This document shows positions 1-11,406 of a stretch of 64,000 nucleotides of DNA, one piece after another. The notes under the pieces are model-generated. The model had not been told where the DNA came from. It searched no databases and saw nothing but the letters and a program-made list of their open reading frames with translations. The DNA is from Eledone cirrhosa (Eukaryota). Within the stretch, counting starts at the first letter, position 1. Every line of letters starts with the position of its first letter. The DNA lies in the NCBI GenBank assembly GCA_964016885.1, contig OZ024746.1, positions 97,898,001-97,962,000 on the forward strand. The letters run 5' to 3'. The translations under genes and the position numbers were made by a program.

Positions 1-46
1 ATGAAATAAATATGGTTTTATAAATATAGTTTTCCATTTATTTAAT

Positions 47-227
47 ATTGTATATTTATATATATATATTTATTTATATATATATATTTATTTATATATA
101 TATATTTATTTATATATATATTTATTTATATATATATTTATTTATATATATATTTATTTATATATATATTTATTTTTATATATATTTATTTATATATATA
201 TGTATATATATTTATATATATGTTTAT
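47..227. repeat. (TA)/(TTTA) compound microsatellite
   Basis: Read directly from the sequence. Confidence 0.95.
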
Positions 228-309
228 ATCATCATCATCATCATCATCTTTTAACGTCCATTAAAAATAATGAATAAAAACAAAGAAACAGTTCCTTATA
301 TTAAACAAT

Positions 310-448
310 TCACCATTTTACGATCGTTTCTAGGATATATATGTGTGTGTTGGTATGTATATCATATAGATCTATGTAAAAAATTTACAAACTATCAGAG
401 GGAATATACATACCTACACATATATATGCTGTCTTCAGAAATAATGAT
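310..448 (-). ncRNA. Type I hammerhead ribozyme in the inverted PLE pLTR, with enlarged stem II
   Basis: Minus strand reads TCATTATTT-CTGAAGA-[~100 nt, including ATATATATGTGT/ACACATATATAT]-GAA-ACGATCGT-A-AAATGGTGA. Stem I pairs, stem III is palindromic and the cleavage triplet is GUA. Confidence 0.8.
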
Positions 449-491
449 ATTTGTTTATTGAAAAAAAACAACAAACATTTAATAACCAGAA

Positions 492-960
492 ATGACCAGA
501 AATACATATAGTAATCTATTCGACATTACTATGGGCTCTAGTGATTCTCCCCAAATTACCGATCTTGTGGGCCTCTTTCTTCTATTTAACATAAATGCTT
601 CTTTTCCCCACCTTAAAGGTGGTTTATATCGTGATGATTGTCTTCATCTTTCCACTAACCTTAGCCTATCAGAAATTGAAAAAACTAAAAAACTTATTAG
701 AACTTTCCTCAAAGACTCACTATTACATTTGAAAACACCAGTAAAGTAGTTAATTTCCATGATATAACTTTAGACTTATCTACGGGTATCTACCAACCTT
801 ACCATAAACATAACCAAAACTTACATTACATACACTCACAATCCAATCACCCTAAATCTATCCTTAAAAACCTGGCATATAATATCTCACTCAGAATTTC
901 TAACCTTTCATCTAACCAGGATGTATTTGATAAAAATGCGACCTTTTATAACAAAGTTTA
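492..960 (+). pseudogene. PLE reverse transcriptase, C-terminal part, frameshifted
   Basis: ORF 492-749 has MGSSDSPQITDLVG (GxPMGSxxSP-like) and GLYRDD (catalytic YxDD). A shifted frame continues VVNFHDITLDLSTGIYQPYHK...YIHSQSNHPKSILKNL, which is PLE thumb-like. Confidence 0.9.
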
Positions 961-1305
961 GCTAGAAGCGGCCAGAAAAACAAATTAGTATATATACCTT
1001 GTACCAATAATACTACAAATATACAACCCAATATTACCAACAAACACCAAATGAAAAATACACACCTAAATGCCACTCACACTATACCCCAAAATACCAA
1101 CTTAAAACTTAATTTATCTACCTCTTCTCACATAAAATATAATGACTTTCAAAAAACCATTCATCCTAATACTCCAATATATGTTAATAACATTACTAAT
1201 AAAATTCCTAATAATCAGACTAAAACACCTAAATCAATGAATCTAACTAAACATATGTATAATAAATTCACTAATACTAATTCTCTTAGTAAACATCAGG
1301 ATACT

Positions 1306-1646
1306 CATCATCATCATCATTTCATTTTACATCCGCTTTTCCCTGCTTGCAAGGGTGGGACGGGAACTGATTCTGGCTTGATTTCTACAGCTGGATGCCC
1401 TTCCTAACACCAACCTCATTTACAGTGAGTGCTGGGTGCTTTTTTGCCGTGGCACCTCCCCGACCACTTTGCAGTGGAATGATAGGGACCCCAGTCCCTA
1501 TCATCTCATTTCTACAGCTGAGTAAACTGGAGCAATGTGAAATAAAGTGTTTTGCTCAAGGAAACAACACATCACCCGGTCTGAGAATTGAACTCACAAC
1601 ATTTTGATTGCAAAGCCGATGCTCTAACCACTAAGCCATGTGCCTC
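1306..1646 (-). mobile_element. tRNA-derived SINE (family A) inserted in the PLE ORF
   Basis: Minus strand has A box TGGCTTAGTGG, B-box-like GAGTTCAATTC, CCTTGAGCAAAACACTTT and an RTE-like tail + (GAT)n. Further copies are at about 10972-11406, 13805-14237, 30637-30961, 44152-44435, 47980-48146, 55246-55453 and 60906-61110. Confidence 0.9.
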
Positions 1647-2467
1647 CTTTACTATGTATAAAAATAAAAAACAGCATCGAAACCGTAATAGACGAGTTAC
1701 TTGGTATAATGCTCCATTTAATCTACAAATTAAAGATAATATCCCTAAAAAATTTTTTACTATCCTAGAAAAAATCTTCCCGCCAAACCATAAATACCAT
1801 CAAATTTTAAATAGATCAACGGTCAAATTCTCCTACTCCACTACCAAAAATATACAACAAAATATAAGTGCCTACAATGAATATAAATGTAAAAAAAACA
1901 TGAATATACCACCAACACATCAAACTAACCATAATACTAAAATAAACCGCAGCAAACCACCATTTCCTTCACATGCAACAAGTCGAGTAAATTCCACACC
2001 TAATTTGACTAACTCCCCTGATATAATATTCACGAATGGTTGTAACTGTAGAAACAAAGCAAATTGCCCATTAAAAGAAAATTGCCTTATTAATAACATA
2101 GTATATAAATGTAAAATTAGCACTAAGGACTCAACTTATTCATATATAGGAGCTACTTCTAACCAATTTAAAATAAGATGTAATACCCACAAACACAGTT
2201 TTTAAAAACGCCGCATTAGCTAATACAACATCCTTGGCTGAAATAATTAATAATTATAGAAAAAAGAATATCGATTATAACCTGACCTGGAGTGTGCTCA
2301 AAAGGGCCACCCCTTATCAAAATAACAGATATGAATGTAGATTGTGTTCCCAGGAACTTTTTGAAATAATGAAATCTAAGGATATCCTATTAAATAAGCG
2401 ACAAGAATTAATTATATCGTGCAATCATAGAATTAGAAGAACTTTCAAATATTATAAACCTAATTAA
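1646..2467 (+). pseudogene. PLE linker and GIY-YIG endonuclease, disrupted; motif set resembles the Naiad clade
   Basis: Motifs RRVTWYNAPF, CNCRNKANCPLKENC, IVYKC...YSYIGAT...FKIRCNTHKHSF, then after a break CRLCSQE...LLNKRQELIISCNH. The clade call is from recalled motifs only. Confidence 0.88.
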
Positions 2468-3288
2468 TATACACTTATATTTTACAAATTATTATAATTA
2501 TTTTTTTTTAATTTAGTTAACCTATAATTAGTATTTTACTACTGAGAACTTCATAATTTTATTTCCCTGTTACAGCCATCTTTTCCTAAAATTAATACCT
2601 ATAAGTATACATATAAACTATTTTAATTTCCTGTTATGAATCTAAATTTCTTGTAGTCTATATAAGTTTTTTATTTCTCACTAATACATTTATCCCCCCC
2701 CCCCCCCCCCCAAGAAAAGTTTTTTTCCTTCGTTTTTAACAACATTCTTTAATAACATCTAACTCTTATTTATCACATCTATATAAATTAATATAAATTT
2801 ATCCCTATAAGTATACCTATCAATTAAATTAATTTAATTTCTTTTTATAGATCTAAATTCCTTATGTTTTAAATAAGATTGGTATTTCTCACTAACAAAT
2901 TTATCCTAAAATTTTATTCTCCTTCGATTTTAACATTAGCATTATTCTTTAATAACATCAAATTTTCATGTACCTTTCACCGGCTTGACCTCTTTTCATC
3001 CCCAAAGTAATCTTTTCATTCAAAGTATTCTTTCCATTCAAAACTGAAGTCTGCATTCCTCTACCCCTAAATTAAATTTCTACTACTACTATTCTATCAA
3101 CTTGACCACTTACTACTTTTCTATTGGTCAATTCAAAACCTGTTCCCAAACAGACCTATTATATTAAATCTTTGTTGTTTTTTTCAATAAACAAATATAA
3201 CTTTGCCTTTCATCCTTATGGGGTTGATAAAATAAAGTACCAGTAATATACTGGGTAATTGATGGTCTTGTGCCAAAAGTAGAAACAA

Positions 3289-3422
3289 TTATTTCTGAAG
3301 GCAGCATATATATGTGTAAGTATGTATATTCCCTCTGATAGTTTGAAAATGTTTACATAGATCTATATGATATACATACCAACACACACATATATATCCT
3401 AGAAACGATCGTAAAATGATGA
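3289..3422 (+). ncRNA. Type I hammerhead, 3' pLTR copy (core variant CTGAAGG)
   Basis: TTATTT-CTGAAGG-[long stem II]-GAAACGATCGTA-AAATGA. A SINE tail abuts the 5' strand of stem I. Confidence 0.72.
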
Positions 3423-4416
3423 ATTTTTTAATATAAGGAACTGTTTCTTTGTTTTTATTCATTGCTTTTATTAATTTATATATATATATATATATATACT
3501 CACATATCAAAGGTTTTTCATATTGCCACAAGCTAAATATAGTAGAAGGCAAAATAAAGTAAAGAGAATTTAATGGAATAATACAATGCTTGTAGCTGTT
3601 AAGTACCTCAACTGCAGATCTACTGCCCTTCAATTTATCTACCATGCCTAATCATCAAGTAAAAACCATCATCATCAACATTCGACATCTATTTCCATTT
3701 TTCATGGATTAGATGGGGTGTCACTTTATAAGGCTAAACAGGTCAAATGACCACATCTCTAGTTATTTTTATTTTTGTAGTTTTGTAGTTTAATTTTATT
3801 TATTTATAAAGGCCTCTGACCAATCATATTATCACAATTTCACTCTCTACATATGGTCCGAACGTGGAAGGGCCAAACTCCCACTCTCATCCCCTCCATC
3901 TCTCTGTATGGTGAGCAAATGGGGTCCCACAGTCTGGCCTCCCCACAGCCCTGGCTCCTCATACACTTCGGTGTGGGCTTCATTTACTAATACCATCCAC
4001 CTTACAGTGTGCACTGTGTGTATTTTGCATGGGTTAGATGGGCTGACATGTTATAAGGGTCAAGTGACCACATCATACTCATACACTCCAGTGTGGGCTT
4101 CAGTTTCTAACAGCAACCACCTTACAGGGCACAGTGTGTGTATTTTGATGTGGCAGCATCATAGTCTTCTTACATGGTAGACAGGTGGTGTTTTTCATCT
4201 CACTAGCTCATCTCTCTCTACAGTTGGACTGTGTATGTTTTTATCATATCACCAGTGCTACCAAGTTATGACATCTATGTTCTTATTGAGTACTTGCTGG
4301 AGCGACAAGGACAAGAATAAGCACAAGGCCAGCAATTTGAGAAGGGAAAGTCAATTAAATCGACCTCAATGCATTACTGGTGTATTATTTTATTGACCCA
4401 ATAAAATTCACCCAAG

Positions 4417-4605
4417 AGCGGTGAATTGGCAGTATCGGTAGAGGGTTGGACGCCATGCTTTCTAGCATAGTTACGTCCCTTTACAGTCTGAGTTCAAATC
4501 CCGCCGAGGTTAACTTTGCCTTTTATCCTTACGGGGTCGATAAAATAAAGTACCAGTAATGTACTGGTTAATTGCTGGCCTTGTGCCTAAAGTAGAAACA
4601 ATTAT
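4417..4605 (+). mobile_element. SINE family B (~190-220 bp), representative of more than 20 copies
   Basis: GCGGTGAATTGGCAG...GAGTTCAAATCCCGCC (B box), TTTGCCTTT(T/C)ATCCTTACGGGGTCGATAAAATAAAGTACC and tail AGAAACAATTATT. Other copies: 3200-3290, 4605-4735(-), 9505-9845, 10030-10225, 11405-11980(-), 12320-12510(-), 13319-13510, 18625-18830, 26020-26210(-), 26600-26790(-), 27880-28000(-), 28090-28260, 33075-33245(-), 36750-36970(-), 46490-46675(-), 61190-61355(-), 62160-62350. Confidence 0.9.
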
Positions 4606-4998
4606 TTTATTGACCCAATAAGGATGAAGGCAAAGCTAACCTCAGTGGGATTTGAACTCAGAACATAAAGGGCCATAACTATGCTACAAAGGATAGTGTC
4701 CAGGTGCTTTACCGATACTTCCAATCCACCGCCCAGAATAAGCAATAATGAGGGTAAGCAATGACAAGACTAAGGGGCCAATGACATGAGTAAGAAAGCA
4801 ATGACAAGAGGAGGCAATGACATGAGTAAGCAGAGAGATAACTTGAACTATCTACTCCTACTATTTAAAGCGTCGAAGGGGTGGCTCAAATACCCAGCAC
4901 ACCAGACTATTTTTCTATAACCTGTAGCAGAACAATTTTTATGACTAATATTTTCGTAAAACTTGATAATTTCTCTGTTTTATATTACCGGGGCTCTT

Positions 4999-5204
4999 AT
5001 TAACCCTTAAGCATTTACATTTCTCTATATATACTATTGTATTTTTGTTGTAAAGGCTTTATCTCACATAATATTGAATCTATGATATTTTGATATTATG
5101 TTTTGAGAACAAAGCCAGTATGAACAGCTGTTTATAGACAGTTGGAACAGAAAGAGGTGAGAGAATTCTGGCCAGATATGGAAAGTTTAAATGCTAAAGG
5201 GTTA
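4999..5204. mobile_element. piggyBac-type MITE (~210-230 bp), representative of about 12 copies
   Basis: TTAA-CCCTT(T)AGCATTTA...TAAATGCTAAAGGG-TTAA terminal inverted repeats (TIRs). Other copies: 7252-7467, 8953-9180, 17537-17697, 17922-18287, 21251-21465, 28810-29034, 31144-31343, 37455-37720, 39459-39680, 48281-48508, 50555-50750. Confidence 0.85.
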
Positions 5205-5713
5205 AACAAAGAGGTGAACAAATTCTGGCTGGATATGGCCAGTTTAAATGCTAAAGGGTTAAAATACACTCAAAATTTCAATAGATGTGAGCTGTAAATT
5301 ATATTTTATTTTCATTTCATTTGTTAGCAATTAGAAATGAGCTTTTCTCACTTAATGAAATAAAACCAACAAGACATTTTAAAATGAGGTCACATTCTGT
5401 GTTTGGGTTGTGTTAGAAGACAACATCCAATCATTTCAGTAGCTAGATATAATGTTGATAATAGATGAATCTTGCCAATGAAACATTGTAGAGAGAAACA
5501 CTTCTCAGTGTGACTATAAAATGCTGTATTACGTGGCATACAATACTACTGTAAGGTTATCTCTGCCATCTGCTCATTTCCTTCCTGGTCACTTCTGCTC
5601 TGGGTAAGCAGAATTAGGATATAATATTCATCAATTTCTAAAATATAACAATATACATTGATACACACACACACACACACTCACTCACATTTATACATAT
5701 AGACACATGCACA

Positions 5714-5767
<54 letters not shown>

Positions 5768-5805
5768 CAAACACACACACACACTCAATGTCTCTTCTTC
5801 CTGTG

Positions 5806-5846
<41 letters not shown>

Positions 5847-7977
5847 ATATATATATATCCACATGCACACTCAATGTCTCTTCTTCCTGTGTTTATATAT
5901 ATGTATGTATATATATCATCCTCATCATCATCAGGTTTAGCGTCCGTGTTCCACGCTTGCATGGGTTTGGACGGGGGTTTCCCCACTTCCTTCCCCATTC
6001 TTATACATATATATATTGGAAAAGTAAACAAAATAAAGAAACAGCCATGTATAATTATTCTATTTTTAATCAAGACCCTTTTAAAAATGTGTTTGATACA
6101 AAATACTTTAAACAAAGCAACAACAACAATAATAATAATAATAATAATGGTAATAATAATAATAGTAATAAAAATAGTAATACTACAAATGAATATTCCA
6201 AGAAATAAAAAAAAAAAAAGAATCTATAACTGGCTGCAACAGTGTAGCAAATAGCAAAGTATTCATTTCAAGAGGCATGAATATTCAATGAAGAATGGAC
6301 TTAATTACCAATTCAGAATGGGATTACAAGAGGCCAATTCTACTGTCACCCATAAAAATCTTGTTTAAATGGTAATAGAACAATCAGATGACTAACTTTG
6401 ATAGCATTCACATTGGGGTTTGCACACAGCTTATTTCTAGTAATAGAAAAAAATATCTTTCTTTGGAATAATGCCCCAATTTATTTTTTTCTATAACCCA
6501 TACATTTGCATTAAAGTTCAACATAGCCATTGATACCAAACAGGACAGTATAATATTAAAGTAAATAGTTCAAGTAAACAACATTTATGTACATGTTCAT
6601 TTATAAATAAGATTTAATTGGTGGACCGTCTGAGGAAGGAGTCCCGTGAGGTGGGGTGGTGGTTCCAGCGGCCATTGTCCACAGGGCACAGCTCCTTTAC
6701 CGCCGCACCCTAGGCCAAGAGCCCAATGATCCTTCCCCTCCCTTCCCCATTCTTCTGTGACACTAGAATCCTTGCTATTCCCTATCTTTTGCCGTTTTTT
6801 TTTTCTTTTTCACTTTTTTCTCTATATTTTCTTATTTTACATTCCATTCTTCTTAATCTAAATTTTCTTTTTTTAATTTTCTATTAAACTGTATTTATAT
6901 TATATATTCCATAAATGAATTTATCAAATTATTAAAAAAATATATAAATATAAGTGTAGACATGGCTGTGTGGATAAGGATTTTGCTTGGGGCCACATGG
7001 TTTCAGATTTAGTCCCATTTCACAGCACCTTGTGTGAAATGTCTTCTAATTTAACTTCAGGTTGGTTAAGAAGTTCACTACATAATAAGTAAGTCTTAGG
7101 TTTGATCCCCACTGCATGACATCTTGAACAAGAGACATCTACCTGAGCCTCAAGTTGACCCAAGCCTTGTGAGCCTATATGATAGATTGTATTTATAATT
7201 AAGAGGGCCATGTCAGATACCGTACCATGCTGAATCTTCCTGAGAATTATGTTAACCCTTTAGCATTTAAACTAGCCATATCCAGCCAGAATCCTCTCAC
7301 CTAGTTCTGTTCAAACCAGCTGTAATTGGCCACTCATACTTATGTTAAGGTATTGTTCTCAAAATAAATAACATTAAAATCTTGTAGCTTCAATACTATG
7401 TGAGAAAAAGCCTTTACCATGAAAATACAATAGTATATATAAAGTAATGTAAATGTTAACGGGTTAAGGGTATACGTATCTGTAGAATGCTCAACTACTT
7501 GTATGTTAATTTCACAAGCAGGCTGATCTATTAATCAAACAACTAAAACACTCTTCATCAAAACTGATGAATGTCCAATGAATAGAGCTGAAATGAATGA
7601 ATGGCTAATGTGGTATGACAGTATATGTATTTGACAAATATATTGCATTTATTAATTTATATACACTCTGCAAAGTGGTTAGCATTAAGAGCATTCAACC
7701 ATAAAAAACAAAAAACAAAACACATAAAAATTCAATACTTTTTTTGCAAGACATGTCTAGGGGTAGTTCGAATAAAGTGCCGACTTGATCTGCAATGACC
7801 CCTCCAACCATAAATAAAATGGTGATATATTAACCTATCCTAATTTTTAGAATAAGTACAACATATTCCTGCCTGTCATACAAGACTAAAAGGGTTGACA
7901 TCAAGAAGGGCACCAAGATGTAAGAGATTGCCTCAAAAAGTCCCACCCAGTCAATGGACATGAAGATGATGATGACA

Positions 7978-8310
7978 TTAAGGCCCCATCGGACACTAAT
8001 GGCGATGGTTTTGCACCTAGAAAGTTTCTCTCAGAGGCACTAGCCTGGGCAAGGCTGATTTGAGGAAGACCAGCAGTCGCCCATACGTACCAGCCTCCTC
8101 TCTCCATTCCACTGATGATGTCCAAGGGAAAGGCAATGACCGATACAGCTTGGCATCAGTGACATCACAACTCATTTCTACAACTAAGTAAACTGGAACC
8201 ATGAAATAAAGTGTCTTACTGAAGAACGCAACACATCACCCAGTCCGTGAATTCAGCCCACAACCTCTCAATTGCAAGCCCAATGCTCTAACCACTAAGC
8301 CATGCACCTT
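7978..8310 (-). mobile_element. tRNA-derived SINE (family C)
   Basis: Shares the tRNA/central head with family A but has a different body. Related copies are at 29880-30100(+) and 45070-45415(+). Confidence 0.75.
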
Positions 8311-8429
8311 TATATGATGATGTGCTTTATATATAATTCATACTTCTAGTACAATACTTAAGTTGATGTTTCTCAATTCCCCTGGAATGTATTTCCTTGG
8401 GATTTAAAGATGAGTATTTCAATTATTGT

Positions 8430-8880
8430 AGCCTGCTCATGAAATTAACATGTACACACCTGAGCATTCCACAGACACGTGAACCCTCAATGTAATGCTC
8501 ATGAAAATTCATTGCAACACAGTGTAACAATAACTGGTACTCCATCGGTTATGATGACAAGTGTTCCAGTTGATCCAATCAATGGAACAGTCAGCTCATG
8601 AAATTAATGTGCAAGTGGCTGAGCATTCCACAGACACGCATACCCTTAACGTAGTTCTCAGGAAGATTCAGCATGACACAGAATGTGACAAGGCTGGCTC
8701 TTTGAATTACAGGTACAACTCATTTTTGCTAGCTGAGTGGACTGGGGCAATAGGAAATAAAGTGTCTTGCTCGCTGCCAGGAATCAAACTCACAACTTTA
8801 TGATTGTGAGCTGAATACCCTAACCCTAACCACACAGTCGAGTGCCTTCACGGTGTAACAATGCTGGTCCTTTGAATTAC
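8430..8880 (-). mobile_element. Nested or tandem SINE (family D) copies
   Basis: Repeated GCTCATGAAATTAA...GAGCATTCCACAGACACG block. Related copies are at 35590-35830(+) and 7210-7580. Confidence 0.7.
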
Positions 8881-10239
8881 AGATACAGTCCATCTGATGA
8901 GCTTCCAAACAGTTTCCATGTCCCTAATTTCACTCACAAAGCATAGGTGTAATTTAACACTTTAGCATTCACATTACTCTATATATACTATTATATTTTC
9001 ATGGTAAATGCTTTATCTCACATAATTATCTCACATAATATCAAATCTATGAGATTTTGAAAGTATTTATTTTGAGAACAATACCTTAACATCAGTTTGA
9101 GTGACCAGTTACAGCCAGTTTCAACAGAAAAAGGTAGAGAATTCTGGCCGGTTTTGACCGGTTTGAACATTAAAGGGCTAATGACCATTTAACCATAGAT
9201 AAATGCTTCTTAACAGCTCTATAGACATTTTCATGCTAACTAATTATTAGTCAAGCTTCTTAAATCCAATTTAAATTAAAATCTTCCAACATAATTTTAT
9301 ATAAGAATCTTACATTAAGTTACTATCTTAGTAATGAAATAATTAATAATTTTAGTAAGTCTCACAAAATTCTTCATTAATTAATTAAAACAAAGTGTAT
9401 TTCATTAGAAATGTGGCCATAAAAGGGTTAAATGCTATGGAAACCAAAGCTAAAAACAACTTCTCTCACTCTTATGAACTCCAACAAACATTTTATTCAT
9501 TTCAGACACAATGCTTTTCAGCATAGAGTTATGGCCCTTTGCGTTCTGAGTTCAAATCTCACTGAGGTTAGCTATGCCTTTCATCCTTACTGGGTCGATA
9601 AAATAAAGTACCAGTCCCGCACTGGGGTCGATTTAATCAACTTCTCCCTCTCCCTAAAATATGTTGACTTTGTGCCTCAGTATCAGTAGAGGGTCGGACG
9701 CCATGCTTTGCAGCAAAGAGTTACGGCCCTTTATGGTCTAAGTTCAAATCCTGCCAAGGTTCACTTTGCCTTTCATCGATAAAATAAAGTACCAGTAATA
9801 CACTGGAATAATTGCTGGCCTTGTGCCAAAAGTAGAAACAATTATAAATATTCCTTTTTTAGCGGGAATTGTGGGATTTCTCCAATCACTTGCCAGGTCG
9901 TTGCCTATGACCTGGGGTTAAAAAAAGGTGAGTAATTGCTGTCAACTACTTGAAGAAGTGGTGCCATAAAAGCACTTTATTCCCAAAACAAAATGCATTC
10001 TTTATACATATCATTGTCATCACTTGAAGAAAGTCGGACACGATGCTTTGTAGCATAGAGTTACGGCCCTTTACAGTCTGAGTTCAAATCCCGCCGAGGT
10101 TAACTTTGCCTTTCATCCTTACAGGGTCGATAAAATAAAGTACCAGTCACGCACTGGGGTCGATTTAATCGACTTTCCCCTCCCCCAAAATTGCTGGCCT
10201 TGTGCCTATATAAGAAATCATTATTATCACTTGAAGAGG

Positions 10240-10670
10240 AAAATGAGGGTGGAGAGGCAAGTGCTGCCTTCTAACAAGGTTGTTGAAAGGTGGGTGAATG
10301 TAGCGATAGTGTACGGGACCGCTCTGAATATACGTCTGTAGTTTGAGAAATGGAAAAATTGAGAGAGGGTGCTTGCCCTGGTGGTCAGGGTGGCCGTTGT
10401 CTTTTGTGTGGTTTTTACCACGAGTAACCCTCGGAGGTTTCCCCACTATTGGGGAATTTTTCATTGTTTCAATTTTCATTTTTATTGTTTATATATATGT
10501 TTCTAGGACTTTTTTTTTCTTTTCTTACATAAATAATAAAAATCTTTACACGCACAAAACCCACATCATACCGTCCTGTACCGTCTGTAATGTTTTTCTT
10601 GATGTCAGCCCTTCTGGCCAATAAAGAAATCATTACCATTATTACTATTAATATTATTATTATTATTACT
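10240..10670 (+). mobile_element. LINE 3' end (Tx1/L1-like)
   Basis: ORF end RVERQVLPSNKVVERWVNVAIVYGTALNIRL*, a hairpin-rich 3' UTR, then AATAAA and an (ATT)n tail. The clade assignment is tentative. Confidence 0.5.
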
Positions 10671-10971
10671 CACACTGTAGAGTCATCAAAGACTATGATT
10701 GCATTCATTTGAGCTACATTTTTGTTGAATGAATCCTGTTTATCTTTCTTCAAGCCTACACTTATTGCTGCTGAAGCTTTTGTTAGTAAAACAGTTTATT
10801 TTTCTTCTTCTATAGTTTAAAGTTGTTAACCATGACCACTAATACCATGAATAATACTGTATATATGAAAGCAGAAACTGATATCAGTTGATATTCATAA
10901 CAACTATTCAGAATGAAATATATCTTTTTATGATTTCTAGGCACAAGGCCAGCAATTTGGGGAGAGTAAAT

Positions 10972-11406
10972 GTGCATGGCTTAGTGGTTAGAGCATTGGG
11001 CTTGCAATCAAAAGGTTGTGAGTTCATTTCTCGGACTAGGTGATGTATTGTTTCCTTGAGCAAGACACTTTATTTCACATTGCTCCAATTTACTCAGCTC
11101 TAGAAATGAGATGATAGGACTGGGGTCCTTATCATTCCACTGCAAAGTGGGCGTGGAGTTCCCATGGCAAAAAAGCACCCAGCCCACACTGTAAAGTGGA
11201 CGTGTAGGTGCCACGGAAAAAAAGGGACCCAGCACTCACTGTAAATGAGGTTGGTGTTAGGAAGGGCATCCAGCTGTAGAAATCAAGCCAGAATCAGTTC
11301 CCGTATGAGCAAGACAAAGTCAGCCAGCCGGACACTGCCCACAACAGGACAACCCGTCTAACCCATGCTAGCGTAGAAGAACGGACGTAAAACGGTGATG
11401 ATGATG
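10972..11406 (+). mobile_element. SINE family A, full length
   Basis: tRNA head GCATGGCTTAGTGGTTAGAGC...GAGTTC and tail ACCCGTCTAACCCATGCTAGCG...(GAT)n. Confidence 0.9.

Larger units (their letters stand above)
262..3480 (+). mobile_element. Penelope-like retroelement (PLE), 5'-truncated and decayed, with inverted pseudo-LTRs
   Basis: RT and GIY-YIG remnants lie at 492-2467. Segment 262-483 is the reverse complement of 3159-3200 + 3289-3475 (the 3' copy is split by a SINE). Both termini contain an HHR core. Confidence 0.92.

Noticed and set aside
2035-2467. Selenocysteine recoding, as reported for some Naiad PLEs
   Set aside because: The conserved Cys positions are TGT/TGC rather than TGA, and I saw no convincing SECIS.
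8105-8145. CTGATGA...GGAAAGG
   Set aside because: A chance variant within a SINE; other copies lack the core. The isolated CTGATGA hits at 7564, 8893, 22626 and 32338 also lack the rest of the motif.
10972-11045. tRNA gene-like sequences
   Set aside because: These are SINE heads continuing into SINE bodies in many diverged copies, with no complete acceptor stem.
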